This document shows, piece after piece, positions 29,716 through 39,983 of a stretch of 64,000 nt of DNA; within the stretch, counting starts at the first letter, position 1, and every line of letters begins with the position of its first letter. The stretch spans positions 52,969 to 116,968 of the forward strand of contig CAZVXT010000001.1 of assembly GCA_964631145.1 (NCBI GenBank). The letters run 5' to 3'. The notes beneath the pieces are model-generated. The model searched no databases. It worked only from the letters and a program-made list of their open reading frames with translations, and had not been told where the DNA came from. The DNA comes from an uncultured Candidatus Saccharibacteria bacterium. GTDB lineage: Bacteria > Patescibacteriota > Doudnabacteria > UBA920. Both the position numbers and the translations under genes were made by a program.

Positions 29716-30810
29716 ATGAAAATAATAAGTACTCAAGAAAATTTAAAAAACGGGTTACAAATAGTTTCTAAAATAGTAGGTAATAATACAACATTACCGA
29801 TTCTTAATAACTTATTATTTGAAACAGAAAACGGTTTATTAAAAGTTTCTGGCACAAACTTAGAAACAGGGATTAGTAATTTTATTCCATGTAAAATAGA
29901 AGTCGAAGGGAGTTTTTGTGTAGGCGTAAAAACTTTTAACGACCTTATTAACAACTTATCCGGAAATATAACTTTAGAGGTTAAGGATAGTGAATTGATT
30001 GTTTCTACAGAACATACTAATTCACGGTTAAAGACATTACCAACTGACGATTTTCCTGCAGTTCCAAAATTAGAAAACGAGCAAAAGATTAAACTTAATT
30101 CTATAGAATTTAAAAAGGCTTTAGATCAGGTTTTATTTGCTGCTAGCTTAAGTGAAACTCAACCAGAAATTTCCGGTGTATTATTCTGGTTTGGATTAGA
30201 AAAGGTTTTAATTACAGCTACAGATAGATACCGTTTAGCGGAATATGCTCTAAAGTATTCTGGTGGTTTGGAAAAAAAGATTATTATTCCTTCTAAATCA
30301 GTTGCGGAAATTTCTAGATTACTGCAATACGCAAATGGCGATGATATTGAAATGGTTGTTACTGATACTCAAGTTTCTGTGATGATAAACGATATTTACT
30401 TGTTAGCGAGAGTTATTGATGGACAATATCCGGATTATCAACAAATTATTCCTAATTCTTGTAATACCGAGATAACTTTGCAAAAAGATCAACTTCTTTC
30501 TTCTGTTAGGACAAGTAGCGTGTTCTCACGTGCTGTAGGAAGCTTAAATATCGCTTATGACGCGTCTAAACAGCTTTTGACTATAAATTCTATGTCTCAC
30601 GATATTGGGGAGAGTCTGATCGATATTCCGGTTAAAATTGATAACGGAGAAGGTGTGCTAATTTTTAATTACAAATACTTAATGGATTATCTTACTCATT
30701 TGTCTGACGATGATATTGTTATCAAAATTATTGATGATAATAGTCCTGTAATATTTGTTCCAAAAAATAGCAAAGATTATTTATATCTAGTAATGCCAAT
30801 TAAGCAATAA
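29716..30810 (+). CDS. dnaN: DNA polymerase III beta sliding clamp
   Basis: 364 aa; position after dnaA; three-domain clamp length. Confidence 0.9.
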   Translation: MKIISTQENLKNGLQIVSKIVGNNTTLPILNNLLFETENGLLKVSGTNLETGISNFIPCKIEVEGSFCVGVKTFNDLINNLSGNITLEVKDSELIVSTEHTNSRLKTLPTDDFPAVPKLENEQKIKLNSIEFKKALDQVLFAASLSETQPEISGVLFWFGLEKVLITATDRYRLAEYALKYSGGLEKKIIIPSKSVAEISRLLQYANGDDIEMVVTDTQVSVMINDIYLLARVIDGQYPDYQQIIPNSCNTEITLQKDQLLSSVRTSSVFSRAVGSLNIAYDASKQLLTINSMSHDIGESLIDIPVKIDNGEGVLIFNYKYLMDYLTHLSDDDIVIKIIDDNSPVIFVPKNSKDYLYLVMPIKQ

Positions 30811-30811
30811 T

Positions 30812-31894
30812 ATGAAAATTAATAAAATTATTTTAAAAAACTTTAGAAATTATCCAGAACTTGATTTGGAAATAAATAATGATACTGTTGTTTTGTCTGG
30901 TCCTAATGCGGTAGGTAAAACTAATTTATTAGAATCAGTTTATTTTGGCTCTTTATTTAAGTCTTTCCGCGATGATTCTGAATTTATTTTTTTGCGAGGA
31001 AGTAATGATACTGAAGTAAAGTTTGAACTAGATAAGAATGGAGAAACTCATTTATTAGAAATATTTATTGGTAAGCGTGAAAAGGTTGTTGCTAATTTTA
31101 AACTGGATGGAATAAAAAAGAAAAGAAAAGAAGTTCAAGGGTTTTTATCAGTAGTTATGTTTGAGCCAACAGATGTAGAACTATTTACTGCTTCACCAGA
31201 AGGAAGACGTAAATATTTGAACATGGTTTTGTCTCAAAAGCATCTAGAATATATTGATTTACTAAATAATTATAAAAAGGCAATGGTGCAAAAAAATAAA
31301 CTATTGCTTGGAAACAAACAGGGATTTAATAATTTAGATGCTTTGCCTTCATGGAATGAACAACTAGTAAATTATGGTAGTAAAATTACTTACTTACGCA
31401 AGCAATATGTTAATTTTTTAAATCAGCATTTATCAGAAGTTTATGCAGGTATTTCTAAATTTCATCGTCCAGTAGAAATAGTTTACGAAACTATAAACGG
31501 TGATACAGAGGAAGAAATTGCAGAAAACTTTAGAGCTTTTCTGCAAGAATATCAGCCTCGAGAAGTTGCTTCTGTAAGTTGTTTAGTTGGTCCTCATCGC
31601 GATGATATGAGGCTGCAGAGTGAGGGTTTGTATCTAGTATCTTTTTCTTCTCGTGGAGAAAAACGTAGTCAAATTTTGGCTTTAAAAATACTTGAATTAG
31701 AGTATTTAACAAAACAAGGTGATACACCAATATTGCTGCTTGATGATGTTTTATCGGAGTTAGATGATACAAGAAGAACTTTTTTACTTAAATATTTACA
31801 AGGGAAGTTTCAAACAATTATTACCACAACCCACCCCTTAGAAATGGTTGGTCAACATATTACACTTAGTCCTGGCACTCAAGAAGAAGAGTAA
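30812..31894 (+). CDS. recF: DNA replication/repair protein RecF
   Basis: Walker A GPNAVGKTNLLES; SMC-like; dnaA–dnaN–recF order. Confidence 0.9.
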   Translation: MKINKIILKNFRNYPELDLEINNDTVVLSGPNAVGKTNLLESVYFGSLFKSFRDDSEFIFLRGSNDTEVKFELDKNGETHLLEIFIGKREKVVANFKLDGIKKKRKEVQGFLSVVMFEPTDVELFTASPEGRRKYLNMVLSQKHLEYIDLLNNYKKAMVQKNKLLLGNKQGFNNLDALPSWNEQLVNYGSKITYLRKQYVNFLNQHLSEVYAGISKFHRPVEIVYETINGDTEEEIAENFRAFLQEYQPREVASVSCLVGPHRDDMRLQSEGLYLVSFSSRGEKRSQILALKILELEYLTKQGDTPILLLDDVLSELDDTRRTFLLKYLQGKFQTIITTTHPLEMVGQHITLSPGTQEEE

Positions 31895-31897
31895 AAC

Positions 31898-31925
31898 AAA
31901 AAAACCGCAAATGCGGTTTTTTTGT
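31898..31925. terminator. Bidirectional terminator between recF and manC
   Basis: AAAAAACCGCAAATGCGGTTTTTTTG. Confidence 0.7.
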
Positions 31926-31935
31926 TTCATAAAGA

Positions 31936-33015
31936 TTATAAATATTTTTTTAATTTTTTATAATTTTCTTTATTTTTAATTAAATCAATTATTTCCTTAA
32001 GTTCTTCGCTATTATTTTTATTAGCCACAAGTATCGAATCTTGAGTAACAACTATAACTAAATCTTTTACATGTAATGTTGTTATTAATTGTTTAGGGTG
32101 GTAATTATAAATCAAGCTCCCAGTTGTTTTATGTGGAATAACTAATCCTTTAGTTAAGTTATCCTTTTTATTTGATTGAATATCTTTAACCGCACTCCAT
32201 CTTCCAACATCTTGCCATCCAAATTCAGATGCAAGAACATGAAGTTCTGAAGGGTTGTTAATTAGTATTTCTTCGAAATCAAACGAAGGTATTTTGTTAT
32301 ATAATTCTTCTAATACTTTTTGGTAATTTTTTTTGCCAATTTCAGATTTTATCTTCATTAAAATATTATAAGCTTCAGGATAATATTTTTTATATAAGCT
32401 TAATATATGATTGATTGAAGATACAAAGTATCCAGTGTTCCAAAAATGCTTTCCACTTTCGTAATATCTAAGAGCTTCTTTATGATCTGGTTTGTCTGTA
32501 AATTTATTAACTTGTCTAACTTCAGAATTTTTTAATTGTTTACCTGATTGTATGTATCTAAATCCGATATGTGGGGAAGTTGGGGTTGCCCCAATTGCCA
32601 ATATTGTACTAGTGTTATTTTTTAAGTGTTCTTTAGCCTTTAGTAGAGTTTGTAAATACTTATCATTTTGATGGATATAGTCATCGCTCCATGCAGTTGC
32701 AAAAATATCTTCATCGCTTTGGCTTTGGATAGTAATTAATGCAAGTCCTAAAGCTGGTCCTCTGTTTCTAAGGCTTGGCTCTAATGAAAAATTAGAAACC
32801 GGCACTGCCGGTACTTGGTTTTTTGTATGTTTGCCGTAAGATTTTTGGGTGGCGATAAAGATTTGCTCTGGTTTAAACTTTGTTTTTAGTCGCTTGTATG
32901 TTTGTTGTAAAAGGGTATCTTTGCCAACCATTTCTAAGAATTGTTTAGGCTTGCTTTTTGTAGAAGCTGGCCATAATCTAGTGCCATTTCCACCAGCAAA
33001 AATAATAATATTCAT
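31936..33015 (-). CDS. Mannose-1-phosphate guanylyltransferase-like nucleotidyltransferase
   Basis: N-terminal IIFAGGNGTRLWP motif (G-x-G-T-R sugar nucleotidyltransferase); 359 aa. Confidence 0.75.
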   Translation of the reverse strand: MNIIIFAGGNGTRLWPASTKSKPKQFLEMVGKDTLLQQTYKRLKTKFKPEQIFIATQKSYGKHTKNQVPAVPVSNFSLEPSLRNRGPALGLALITIQSQSDEDIFATAWSDDYIHQNDKYLQTLLKAKEHLKNNTSTILAIGATPTSPHIGFRYIQSGKQLKNSEVRQVNKFTDKPDHKEALRYYESGKHFWNTGYFVSSINHILSLYKKYYPEAYNILMKIKSEIGKKNYQKVLEELYNKIPSFDFEEILINNPSELHVLASEFGWQDVGRWSAVKDIQSNKKDNLTKGLVIPHKTTGSLIYNYHPKQLITTLHVKDLVIVVTQDSILVANKNNSEELKEIIDLIKNKENYKKLKKYL

Positions 33016-33020
33016 ACCGA

Positions 33021-33557
33021 TTAGTCTTTTATATTCTTAATTCTTTGTTCATATAAAGCCAAAACTATATTAGTAATTTTTTCTGGTTTAGGAACATTGT
33101 TAAATTCAAATCTTTCTGTAGCTCCAGCAGTCTGAATAAACACGTTTCCATAATCAAAAATATTACCAAAGAAACCACTTTTTTCACTAGTTACATCTTC
33201 AATGGTTTCAAGGTTAAGTTCGGAGGCTTGTCTTTTTAATAATCCATTTTGATCTATGTCTACTACGCGTTTTTCGCTTACAATATGGACATTGAGATAG
33301 TATAGCACCCATATAACGAAAATGGCAATAATTAATCCTAGGTAATAAATCTGTGCTGCAAGGCTTAATAAATCAGATACTATACCACTAAAATTAAATA
33401 AATTAGAGCCACCAACAAAATAGTTAACTATCAAGGGGATAAAGATTAAAATAAAAAGCACTCCTAATTTAATTGATAGTGGAAACCAGTGTTCTCTAAC
33501 AACTAAAATAATTTTTTCGTTTGGTTGTTGGCTAGGAAATAAAATTTCTTCAGGCAT
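33021..33557 (-). CDS. Membrane-flanked bacterial PH-domain protein (YdbS/DUF304-like)
   Basis: Two TM helices followed by a ~100-aa domain; architecture typical of bPH_2. Confidence 0.45.
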   Translation of the reverse strand: MPEEILFPSQQPNEKIILVVREHWFPLSIKLGVLFILIFIPLIVNYFVGGSNLFNFSGIVSDLLSLAAQIYYLGLIIAIFVIWVLYYLNVHIVSEKRVVDIDQNGLLKRQASELNLETIEDVTSEKSGFFGNIFDYGNVFIQTAGATERFEFNNVPKPEKITNIVLALYEQRIKNIKD

Positions 33558-33765
33558 ATTTTTGGATAATATTATGTAATGTTAAAAAAGCAGTCGCTAT
33601 TGAGGCTGTTAAAAAAACACCAAATAGCACACTGACTATAATGGTGATTTTTTTACTTCTACCGTATGAATTTAGGATGTAAATAGATAATAATGAAATA
33701 ATAACAAAACCAATAATTAGTAGCCAGAAAACAATATTTATAATATTAACTATTATATTATTCAT
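33550..33765 (-). CDS. Small 2-TM membrane protein
   Basis: 71-aa hydrophobic ORF overlapping the downstream gene. Confidence 0.35.
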   Translation of the reverse strand: MNNIIVNIINIVFWLLIIGFVIISLLSIYILNSYGRSKKITIIVSVLFGVFLTASIATAFLTLHNIIQKYA

Positions 33766-33767
33766 TT

Positions 33768-34799
33768 TTATATTAGAGTCTCTTGATCTTTTGGTTGTTT
33801 ATAACCAAGGTGATCATAAGCAAGTTTGGTGGCAACTCTTCCTTTTGGTGTGCGGATTATAAAACCGCACCTAATTAGAAATGGTTCATGGACATCAGAT
33901 ATTGTATCTAATTCTTCACCTGTGCTCGCTGCGAGTGAAGATAGCCCAACTGGACCGCCATTAAACTGCTCGATAATAATTTGTAAAATTTTACGATCAT
34001 GTTTATCTAAGCCATACTCATCTATTTCCATCATATTTAAAGCTTGTTTTGCATGATCTATATTAATTTTATCATGTCCCGAGACTTGTGCGAAGTCTCT
34101 CACTCTCTTTAAAAGTCTATTAGCGATACGTGGCGTAAACCTTCCTCTATTAGCAATTTCCAGTGCTGCCATGTTATCAATATCATTATTTAATATTTGA
34201 CTAGACCTGGAAATTATTTTTTGAAGATCCGCATTATCGTAATAATCAAGATGGTAAATTAATCCAAATCTATCTCTCAGTGGGGCAGATAACATCCCCA
34301 ATCTTGTAGTTGCTCCAATTAATGTAAACTTTGGTAACTCCATTCTGACTGATCTTGCGCCAGGTCCTTTACCGATCATAATATCCAAAACCTTATCTTC
34401 AAGGGCTGGGTAAAGAATTTCTTCTACTGATTTATTTAAGCGATGAATTTCGTCGATAAATAAAGTGTCACCTTCATTTAGATTAGTAAGTAATGATGCT
34501 AAATCCCCAGCTCTTTCAATCGCTGGTCCTGTAGTAATTTTTAAGTTAGAACCTAGTTCTTGGCTAATAATATGGGCAAGAGTTGTTTTTCCTAAACCTG
34601 GAGGACCATAAAATAAAAGATGGTCTAATGGTTCGTTTCTTATTGCCGCTGCCTTGATAACAATGTTGAGATTGTCTTTTAAGCTTTGCTGTCCTATAAA
34701 TTGATCTAATGATTGTGGGCGTAAAGAAACTTCCCAAATTTTTTCTTCAGGCTCTGGTATATTATTTAGGATTGTTTCGTTATCGCTTGTATTAATCAT
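33768..34799 (-). CDS. ruvB: Holliday junction branch-migration ATPase RuvB
   Basis: Walker [18 protein letters not shown], RuvB C-terminal domain. Confidence 0.95.
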   Translation of the reverse strand: MINTSDNETILNNIPEPEEKIWEVSLRPQSLDQFIGQQSLKDNLNIVIKAAAIRNEPLDHLLFYGPPGLGKTTLAHIISQELGSNLKITTGPAIERAGDLASLLTNLNEGDTLFIDEIHRLNKSVEEILYPALEDKVLDIMIGKGPGARSVRMELPKFTLIGATTRLGMLSAPLRDRFGLIYHLDYYDNADLQKIISRSSQILNNDIDNMAALEIANRGRFTPRIANRLLKRVRDFAQVSGHDKINIDHAKQALNMMEIDEYGLDKHDRKILQIIIEQFNGGPVGLSSLAASTGEELDTISDVHEPFLIRCGFIIRTPKGRVATKLAYDHLGYKQPKDQETLI

Positions 34800-36100
34800 A
34801 TTGATGAATTAGTATGTGTTTGATTATTGGGGGTTATAGGTGTATTTTCTGGTGTAGTCGGGGTTGTTGGGTTGGTAGTCGGTGGTGTGTTTGGTGTCTG
34901 GTTATTAGGTATAAAAGTTTCGGTTTTATGAAATAATGCAGGAGGTAAGTAGGTAGAAGAAAAATTATCTTTACGAGTTTGTCCATCTATTATAACTGTT
35001 CTGTTCCATAATGCCTTCATAGAACCATCTGATTTTCGATCAAACTGACTTGGTTTTCCTAGTGTAACTTCTCGATTATCTCTGGTTCCATAAAAATCAA
35101 AAACCAAGTAATCATTATTTTTAAAATAAGGCCAGATTAAGATACTGCCAGGAGTGTCATTTTTAAACTTTAAATCTATAACACCAGGATAAATAGTTGC
35201 ATCAGTACCTTGGGGTGCATAATAATTTACGGCATATGAATGATTTCTTCGTTGGGTAATTGGTAGTCCCGCGTGCATTGCTGCGCGGAAAGTGGTTGAC
35301 GAAACTTGACACAAACCTCCACCTAATTCTGGGATAGTGCCTTTATCAGCTTTAATGACTAATTCTGGAAGAAATCCATATTCTGCTTCAACTGGCCCTA
35401 GATATTTATTAAAACTAAATTCTTCTCCTGGCTTGATAATTACACCCTTCATTTTAGAAACCCCAACTTTTATATTTACTCTTCTGTTAGCAGGGCTACC
35501 ATTAAACTTTGATTCTCCTCTTCCTATTAATTCTTTGATTCCTAAATCATTTAAATCTTTTAGCGAATTTTTAGGTGCAGTTTCTATTACAGGTAGCTTT
35601 ATATTTAAAGTATTATCTTTATTTAAGTTATCTAAAATTGCTAAGGTTGCGTTGTATCTATCAAGTATTCGTCCCACTGTTGGAGGGGTAAATTCTACAG
35701 CCTTATCATTTTTGATTACTAGTTTTGGTTCTTCCGTTTGACTATCTATATTAGTAGATAGTGTTTTTGTCCACAAATATATTTCCTTTGGGTTGTAATT
35801 GTATTTGGTGGTAAGAAATAATTGCCCTGTTGTAAAGTTAGAATATTGTTTTATATATTGATTAATGGGAAAAACAACATCTTTGATAAATACTTGTTCT
35901 TTAATATAATAATTTCCTTCCCATAGCTTTTTTTGACTATCAGGTATGGTTGCTGTAACTTCAGGATTAACTGTATTTACATCTTCAAAACTAGGAACTG
36001 GTTTTGGCAGATCGCTGGCATGACTAATTTTGCTGGGGATTAAGATAATACCTAAAACAAAAAAAGAATATATAATTAATTGTTTACTTGATGATGTCAT
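34796..36100 (-). CDS. VanW-family protein with a signal anchor and a Pro/Thr-rich C-terminal tail
   Basis: [29 protein letters not shown] matches the VanW core; C-terminal [18 protein letters not shown] tail. Confidence 0.7.
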   Translation of the reverse strand: MTSSSKQLIIYSFFVLGIILIPSKISHASDLPKPVPSFEDVNTVNPEVTATIPDSQKKLWEGNYYIKEQVFIKDVVFPINQYIKQYSNFTTGQLFLTTKYNYNPKEIYLWTKTLSTNIDSQTEEPKLVIKNDKAVEFTPPTVGRILDRYNATLAILDNLNKDNTLNIKLPVIETAPKNSLKDLNDLGIKELIGRGESKFNGSPANRRVNIKVGVSKMKGVIIKPGEEFSFNKYLGPVEAEYGFLPELVIKADKGTIPELGGGLCQVSSTTFRAAMHAGLPITQRRNHSYAVNYYAPQGTDATIYPGVIDLKFKNDTPGSILIWPYFKNNDYLVFDFYGTRDNREVTLGKPSQFDRKSDGSMKALWNRTVIIDGQTRKDNFSSTYLPPALFHKTETFIPNNQTPNTPPTTNPTTPTTPENTPITPNNQTHTNSSI

Positions 36101-36500
36101 TTTGAAGATATATTTTTATTGTATTTTTTGGCAGATTATTAAAAATTTTATCCGCCCACTCTATTATTGTTATGGTTTCTTGCCTTCCCCATATTTCTGT
36201 TAATTCTAAGCTTTTTAAATCTGAAAAGTTTTTTAAACGGTAAATATCAAGGTGGTAAAACCATTTTGCATTAATCTTATCTTGCTTTGGGATTTTATAC
36301 CTCTGCATGATTACAAAAGTGGGGCTACTAATATTATTTTTGATTTTTAGGTTTTTGCCTAAATGTTTGGTAAAGGTCGTTTTGCCACTGCCTAAATTTC
36401 CAATCAAAGCTATAATTTCTCCACCCCGTAAATCTTTTGCAAAACTTTGGCAAAAAGATTCGATTTCTGAGAGTTTTATTCGGTAGGTTTTTTTCATCAT
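36084..36500 (-). CDS. tsaE: tRNA threonylcarbamoyladenosine biosynthesis ATPase TsaE
   Basis: ALIGNLGSGKTTFTK P-loop; 138 aa. Confidence 0.85.
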   Translation of the reverse strand: MMKKTYRIKLSEIESFCQSFAKDLRGGEIIALIGNLGSGKTTFTKHLGKNLKIKNNISSPTFVIMQRYKIPKQDKINAKWFYHLDIYRLKNFSDLKSLELTEIWGRQETITIIEWADKIFNNLPKNTIKIYLQNDIIK

Positions 36501-36586
36501 AAACTTAAAAGTGATTATATTGTACCGATATTGACCCTATTAGTAAAATTGGCTATATTAAAAGACTGGACTTTGGTCCTAAAATT

Positions 36587-37726
36587 ATGAATCAAGACAT
36601 ATTATTACAAATCAATAAAAGCATTGAACAGTCTTCTTCCATTGGAATAGTATTACCTAGCTATGTAACAGTAGATATTTACGCTAGTAGTTTGGCTTTG
36701 CAAAACTGGTTAATTGGTATGGGAAAAACTGTTTTTTTGTATGGAGTGGGTAAGATTCCGCAGTATGAATTTTTTGATAACCCAGAAATACCTTTAGTAA
36801 ACTTTTCTGACAATAACCAACTCCAAATCAGTATTAGTAGTTTAAATGCTACTCCTAGCTCCTTGCGATATGAAAAAACAGAAAATGGCTTAACTGTTTA
36901 TATTAATATTAAAGACGGGCAGATTAAATCTGATGATGTAGTTGTAACTCCTCCAGCTCTAAACCCTGATTTATTATTTTTATTAGACGGAGCTGATTAT
37001 GAAGCATTTGGAGATTTTTATAAAAAAAACGTTGCTGTTATTACAACCACAAAAAAAATTAGCTTAAGCACTAATCCTTCTCATAATTATTTTGCAGCAA
37101 TAAACTTTGTTAATACAGAAGTTTCAAGTTTGAGCGAGCTGGTTTATGATTTAATTGATAGCAAAAATGTTGGTGAATTTAGCGAGCGTGTAGCGACTAA
37201 TTTATTAGCAGGGATAATTTCTCAGACACAAAGTTATAGAAGTAGTAAAACTAATCCTCAAACTTTAAATAAATCTGCAAAACTTATTAGAGCAGGTGCG
37301 CGTCAGCAAGACATTATAAAAGATTTATACAAAACTAAACCTTATAATTTTTTGCAGCTATGGGGAAGAGCTTTAGCAAGAGTTGTGTATTATACAGAAA
37401 ATAATTTTTTGCAAACCACTTTAACAAAACAAGATTTTATAAAAACTTCATTAACTACGCAGGTTATACCTCAAGTTTTGATTGATCTGATAGAAATGTC
37501 TAGTGGTTTTAATATCTTTGCTCTTGTTGTTGAACAGGATTCTGGTGTTAATTTGTATTTAGCAAGTTTGCCTCATGTAAACTTACAAAAATATTTTAAA
37601 GCTTTTGATATAGATTCTGATACAGAACTTTTGCCATTATTTGGTAATTATATTTATACTAGCTTTTTGATTCCCGATTTAGAACTCGCTACTGTAGAGC
37701 AAACTTTAGCAAAAATTAGCTTTTAA
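36587..37726 (+). CDS. Catalytically degenerate DHH/NrnA paralog (pseudo-enzyme)
   Basis: Collinear similarity to the nrnA-like gene at 6865 (SLSELVYDLI vs SVAELVYDFF; ATNLLAGIISQTQ vs AQSLLTGIVTDTG), but the DxD, DHH and GGGH motifs are all absent. Confidence 0.55.
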   Translation: MNQDILLQINKSIEQSSSIGIVLPSYVTVDIYASSLALQNWLIGMGKTVFLYGVGKIPQYEFFDNPEIPLVNFSDNNQLQISISSLNATPSSLRYEKTENGLTVYINIKDGQIKSDDVVVTPPALNPDLLFLLDGADYEAFGDFYKKNVAVITTTKKISLSTNPSHNYFAAINFVNTEVSSLSELVYDLIDSKNVGEFSERVATNLLAGIISQTQSYRSSKTNPQTLNKSAKLIRAGARQQDIIKDLYKTKPYNFLQLWGRALARVVYYTENNFLQTTLTKQDFIKTSLTTQVIPQVLIDLIEMSSGFNIFALVVEQDSGVNLYLASLPHVNLQKYFKAFDIDSDTELLPLFGNYIYTSFLIPDLELATVEQTLAKISF

Positions 37727-37782
37727 ATGATATAATCAAGACAAGATATATTGTAAACTTGAAACAAATACCAAAGTAAAAT

Positions 37783-39405
37783 ATGACAAACTTTTTATCT
37801 AACAATCAAAAAGATTTAGAAAAAAGTCTTAATGACCAAAAACAAAAAATAGAAGAAGCTCAGGCGCAGCAGTTGGCGGTAACTATGCAAATGCCTTATA
37901 TAAATTTAAGGACTTTTCCTGTTGATTTGCAGTCGCTTTCTTTGATGAGTAGAGAAGAGTCTTTGCAGTCAGAATCAGCGCCAATATATAAGGATCATAA
38001 AGATTTGAAGATTGCGACAGTAAACCCATCCAACCCTTTTTTGCATGTTTTAAAAGAAAAGCTTTCTAAAGAATACAAGATTAATATTTATTTTTGTTCT
38101 CGCGGCGGTTTGATGTCTTTGCAAAAATTTTATGACAAGGTATTAAGACCATCTAGTCCTACTAACGAGCAAATCGTTTTAGATCAGACATCACAAAAAA
38201 AGATTGCTGATGTTTTGCCTTCTACTCCAGTCACTGAAGTTTTGCAAATTTTGTTTTCCGGTGCTGTAAGTCTAGGAGCTTCTGATATTCATCTTGAACC
38301 GGAAGAGAAATCTCTCAAAATTCGTTATCGTATTGATGGGGTTTTGCAGGATGCTGCAAGTATGGATGCTGGGATGCATAAACAGTTAATTTCCCGCATT
38401 AAGTTATTAGCAAAACTAAAACTTAATATATCTAACGAAGCTCAAGATGGTAGATTTACAGTTATGAATAATGAAAAAGAGTTAGATGTACGTGTTTCTG
38501 TTTTACCATCTAGTTTTGGAGAAGCAGTTGTTTTAAGGCTTCTTGGTGTAGGTGTTTTGTCTCCTGATATTGATAATTTAGGGTTGTCTGGTAAAGCTTA
38601 TAAACAAGTTATGGAAGCTTTACAAAAAACAACTGGCATGATTATCGCAACTGGTCCCACAGGTAGTGGTAAAACTACTACTTTATACTCTTGTCTAAAA
38701 TTTTTAAATAAACCAGGTATAAAAATTATTACTTTAGAAGATCCGGTAGAATATAAGCTGTCTGGTATTCAGCAAACCCCAATTGATCATCGAGTTGATT
38801 TTAGTTTTGATAAAGCGCTCAGATCTGTCTTGAGACAAGATCCTGATGTTGTTATGGTTGGTGAAATCCGTGATCCAGAAACAGGCGACACCGCGTTGCA
38901 AGCCGCTTTGACTGGTCATGTTGTGCTAACTACTTTGCACACAAATGATGCTGCAGGCGCTATTCCAAGATTGTTAACCATGGGAATAAAACCATTTGTA
39001 ATTTCTCCAGCTGTTAATGTGATTATTGCCCAGCGCTTGGTCAGAAGGTTATGTGAGTTTTGTATGGTTCAAGCTACCCTGGATCAAGTATTGTTAGAAA
39101 AAGTAAAACATGAATTATATAATATCCATGCTTCTGCAGAAGTAGTTGTCCCTAAAGAATTTATCTTTTATAGTTCTCCTGGATGTGATAAATGTGATGG
39201 GCTGGGTTATAAAGGACGAATCGGAATATATGAAGTAGTGACAATTACTGATGAAATGCGGGAGTTAATTCTTACAGAGCCCTCTGGATTATCTATAAAA
39301 AAGATAGCTTTAGAAAACGGAAGTTTAACGATGCTTCAAGATGGTTTGCTTAAAGCCCTAAATAAATTAACTGATGTTACAGAAGTTATAAGAGTTGTAG
39401 GATAA
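37783..39405 (+). CDS. pilB: GspE/PilB-family type II/IV secretion ATPase (PilB-like)
   Basis: T2SSE N-terminal domain; Walker A GPTGSGKTTT; Asp box; His box; tetracysteine (CEFC...CDKCDGLG). Confidence 0.85.
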   Translation: MTNFLSNNQKDLEKSLNDQKQKIEEAQAQQLAVTMQMPYINLRTFPVDLQSLSLMSREESLQSESAPIYKDHKDLKIATVNPSNPFLHVLKEKLSKEYKINIYFCSRGGLMSLQKFYDKVLRPSSPTNEQIVLDQTSQKKIADVLPSTPVTEVLQILFSGAVSLGASDIHLEPEEKSLKIRYRIDGVLQDAASMDAGMHKQLISRIKLLAKLKLNISNEAQDGRFTVMNNEKELDVRVSVLPSSFGEAVVLRLLGVGVLSPDIDNLGLSGKAYKQVMEALQKTTGMIIATGPTGSGKTTTLYSCLKFLNKPGIKIITLEDPVEYKLSGIQQTPIDHRVDFSFDKALRSVLRQDPDVVMVGEIRDPETGDTALQAALTGHVVLTTLHTNDAAGAIPRLLTMGIKPFVISPAVNVIIAQRLVRRLCEFCMVQATLDQVLLEKVKHELYNIHASAEVVVPKEFIFYSSPGCDKCDGLGYKGRIGIYEVVTITDEMRELILTEPSGLSIKKIALENGSLTMLQDGLLKALNKLTDVTEVIRVVG

Positions 39406-39415
39406 CAGTATATTT

Positions 39416-39450
39416 AAAAAAGCCAGGGAGTCCTGGCTTTTTAATTTTTG
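39416..39450 (+). terminator. Rho-independent terminator after the pilB-like gene
   Basis: AAAAAGCCAGGGAGTCCTGGCTTTTTAATTTTT. Confidence 0.7.
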
Positions 39451-39501
39451 ACCTGCAAATTAATTTCATATACAATAGTTTATTAAAGGAGGAATAAGAA
39501 A

Positions 39502-39930
39502 ATGTTTTATCAATATAATTTATTTGGTTGGTTTATTATTTTTTGTATAGTCGCATTTTTTATTGCATTTGCATTGGCTGTGTATATAAAAATGACTAAA
39601 AAATATACATTTGATTTTGAATTTCCAAAAAATCAGCATGATCTTAATGAGATGGTAGATTATTTGGCAAGTATGCCTGAGTGGTGTGTTTATAATTACT
39701 TTTTAAGTAAAAGTAATAAGCAAAGTGGTTTAGTAATACAAATTTCTCATATTGCTAAACTCTGGGAAAAAGAAAATATTTTTATTATTAACACACACCC
39801 AAATTATGAAGAAGTTTATAAGTATTTAGAAAACTCAAATTATCAAGTAGAGTTAACGTTTTTAAAAAATAACCTTACTATAAGTAGTAATAATCCTCTA
39901 GATTATTTGCAAGTTAAAATTTCAGATTAA
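39502..39930 (+). CDS. Hypothetical N-terminally anchored membrane protein (standalone unit: promoter, SD, terminator)
   Basis: 142 aa; TTGACC...TATACAAT promoter; AAAGGAGGAATAAGAAAATG; hairpin with T-run at 39931-39953. Confidence 0.5.
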   Translation: MFYQYNLFGWFIIFCIVAFFIAFALAVYIKMTKKYTFDFEFPKNQHDLNEMVDYLASMPEWCVYNYFLSKSNKQSGLVIQISHIAKLWEKENIFIINTHPNYEEVYKYLENSNYQVELTFLKNNLTISSNNPLDYLQVKISD

Positions 39931-39983
39931 AGTCGGAAACCCCGGCTTTTTTTATTATTCTAAAATCGGTACAATGCCTATAT

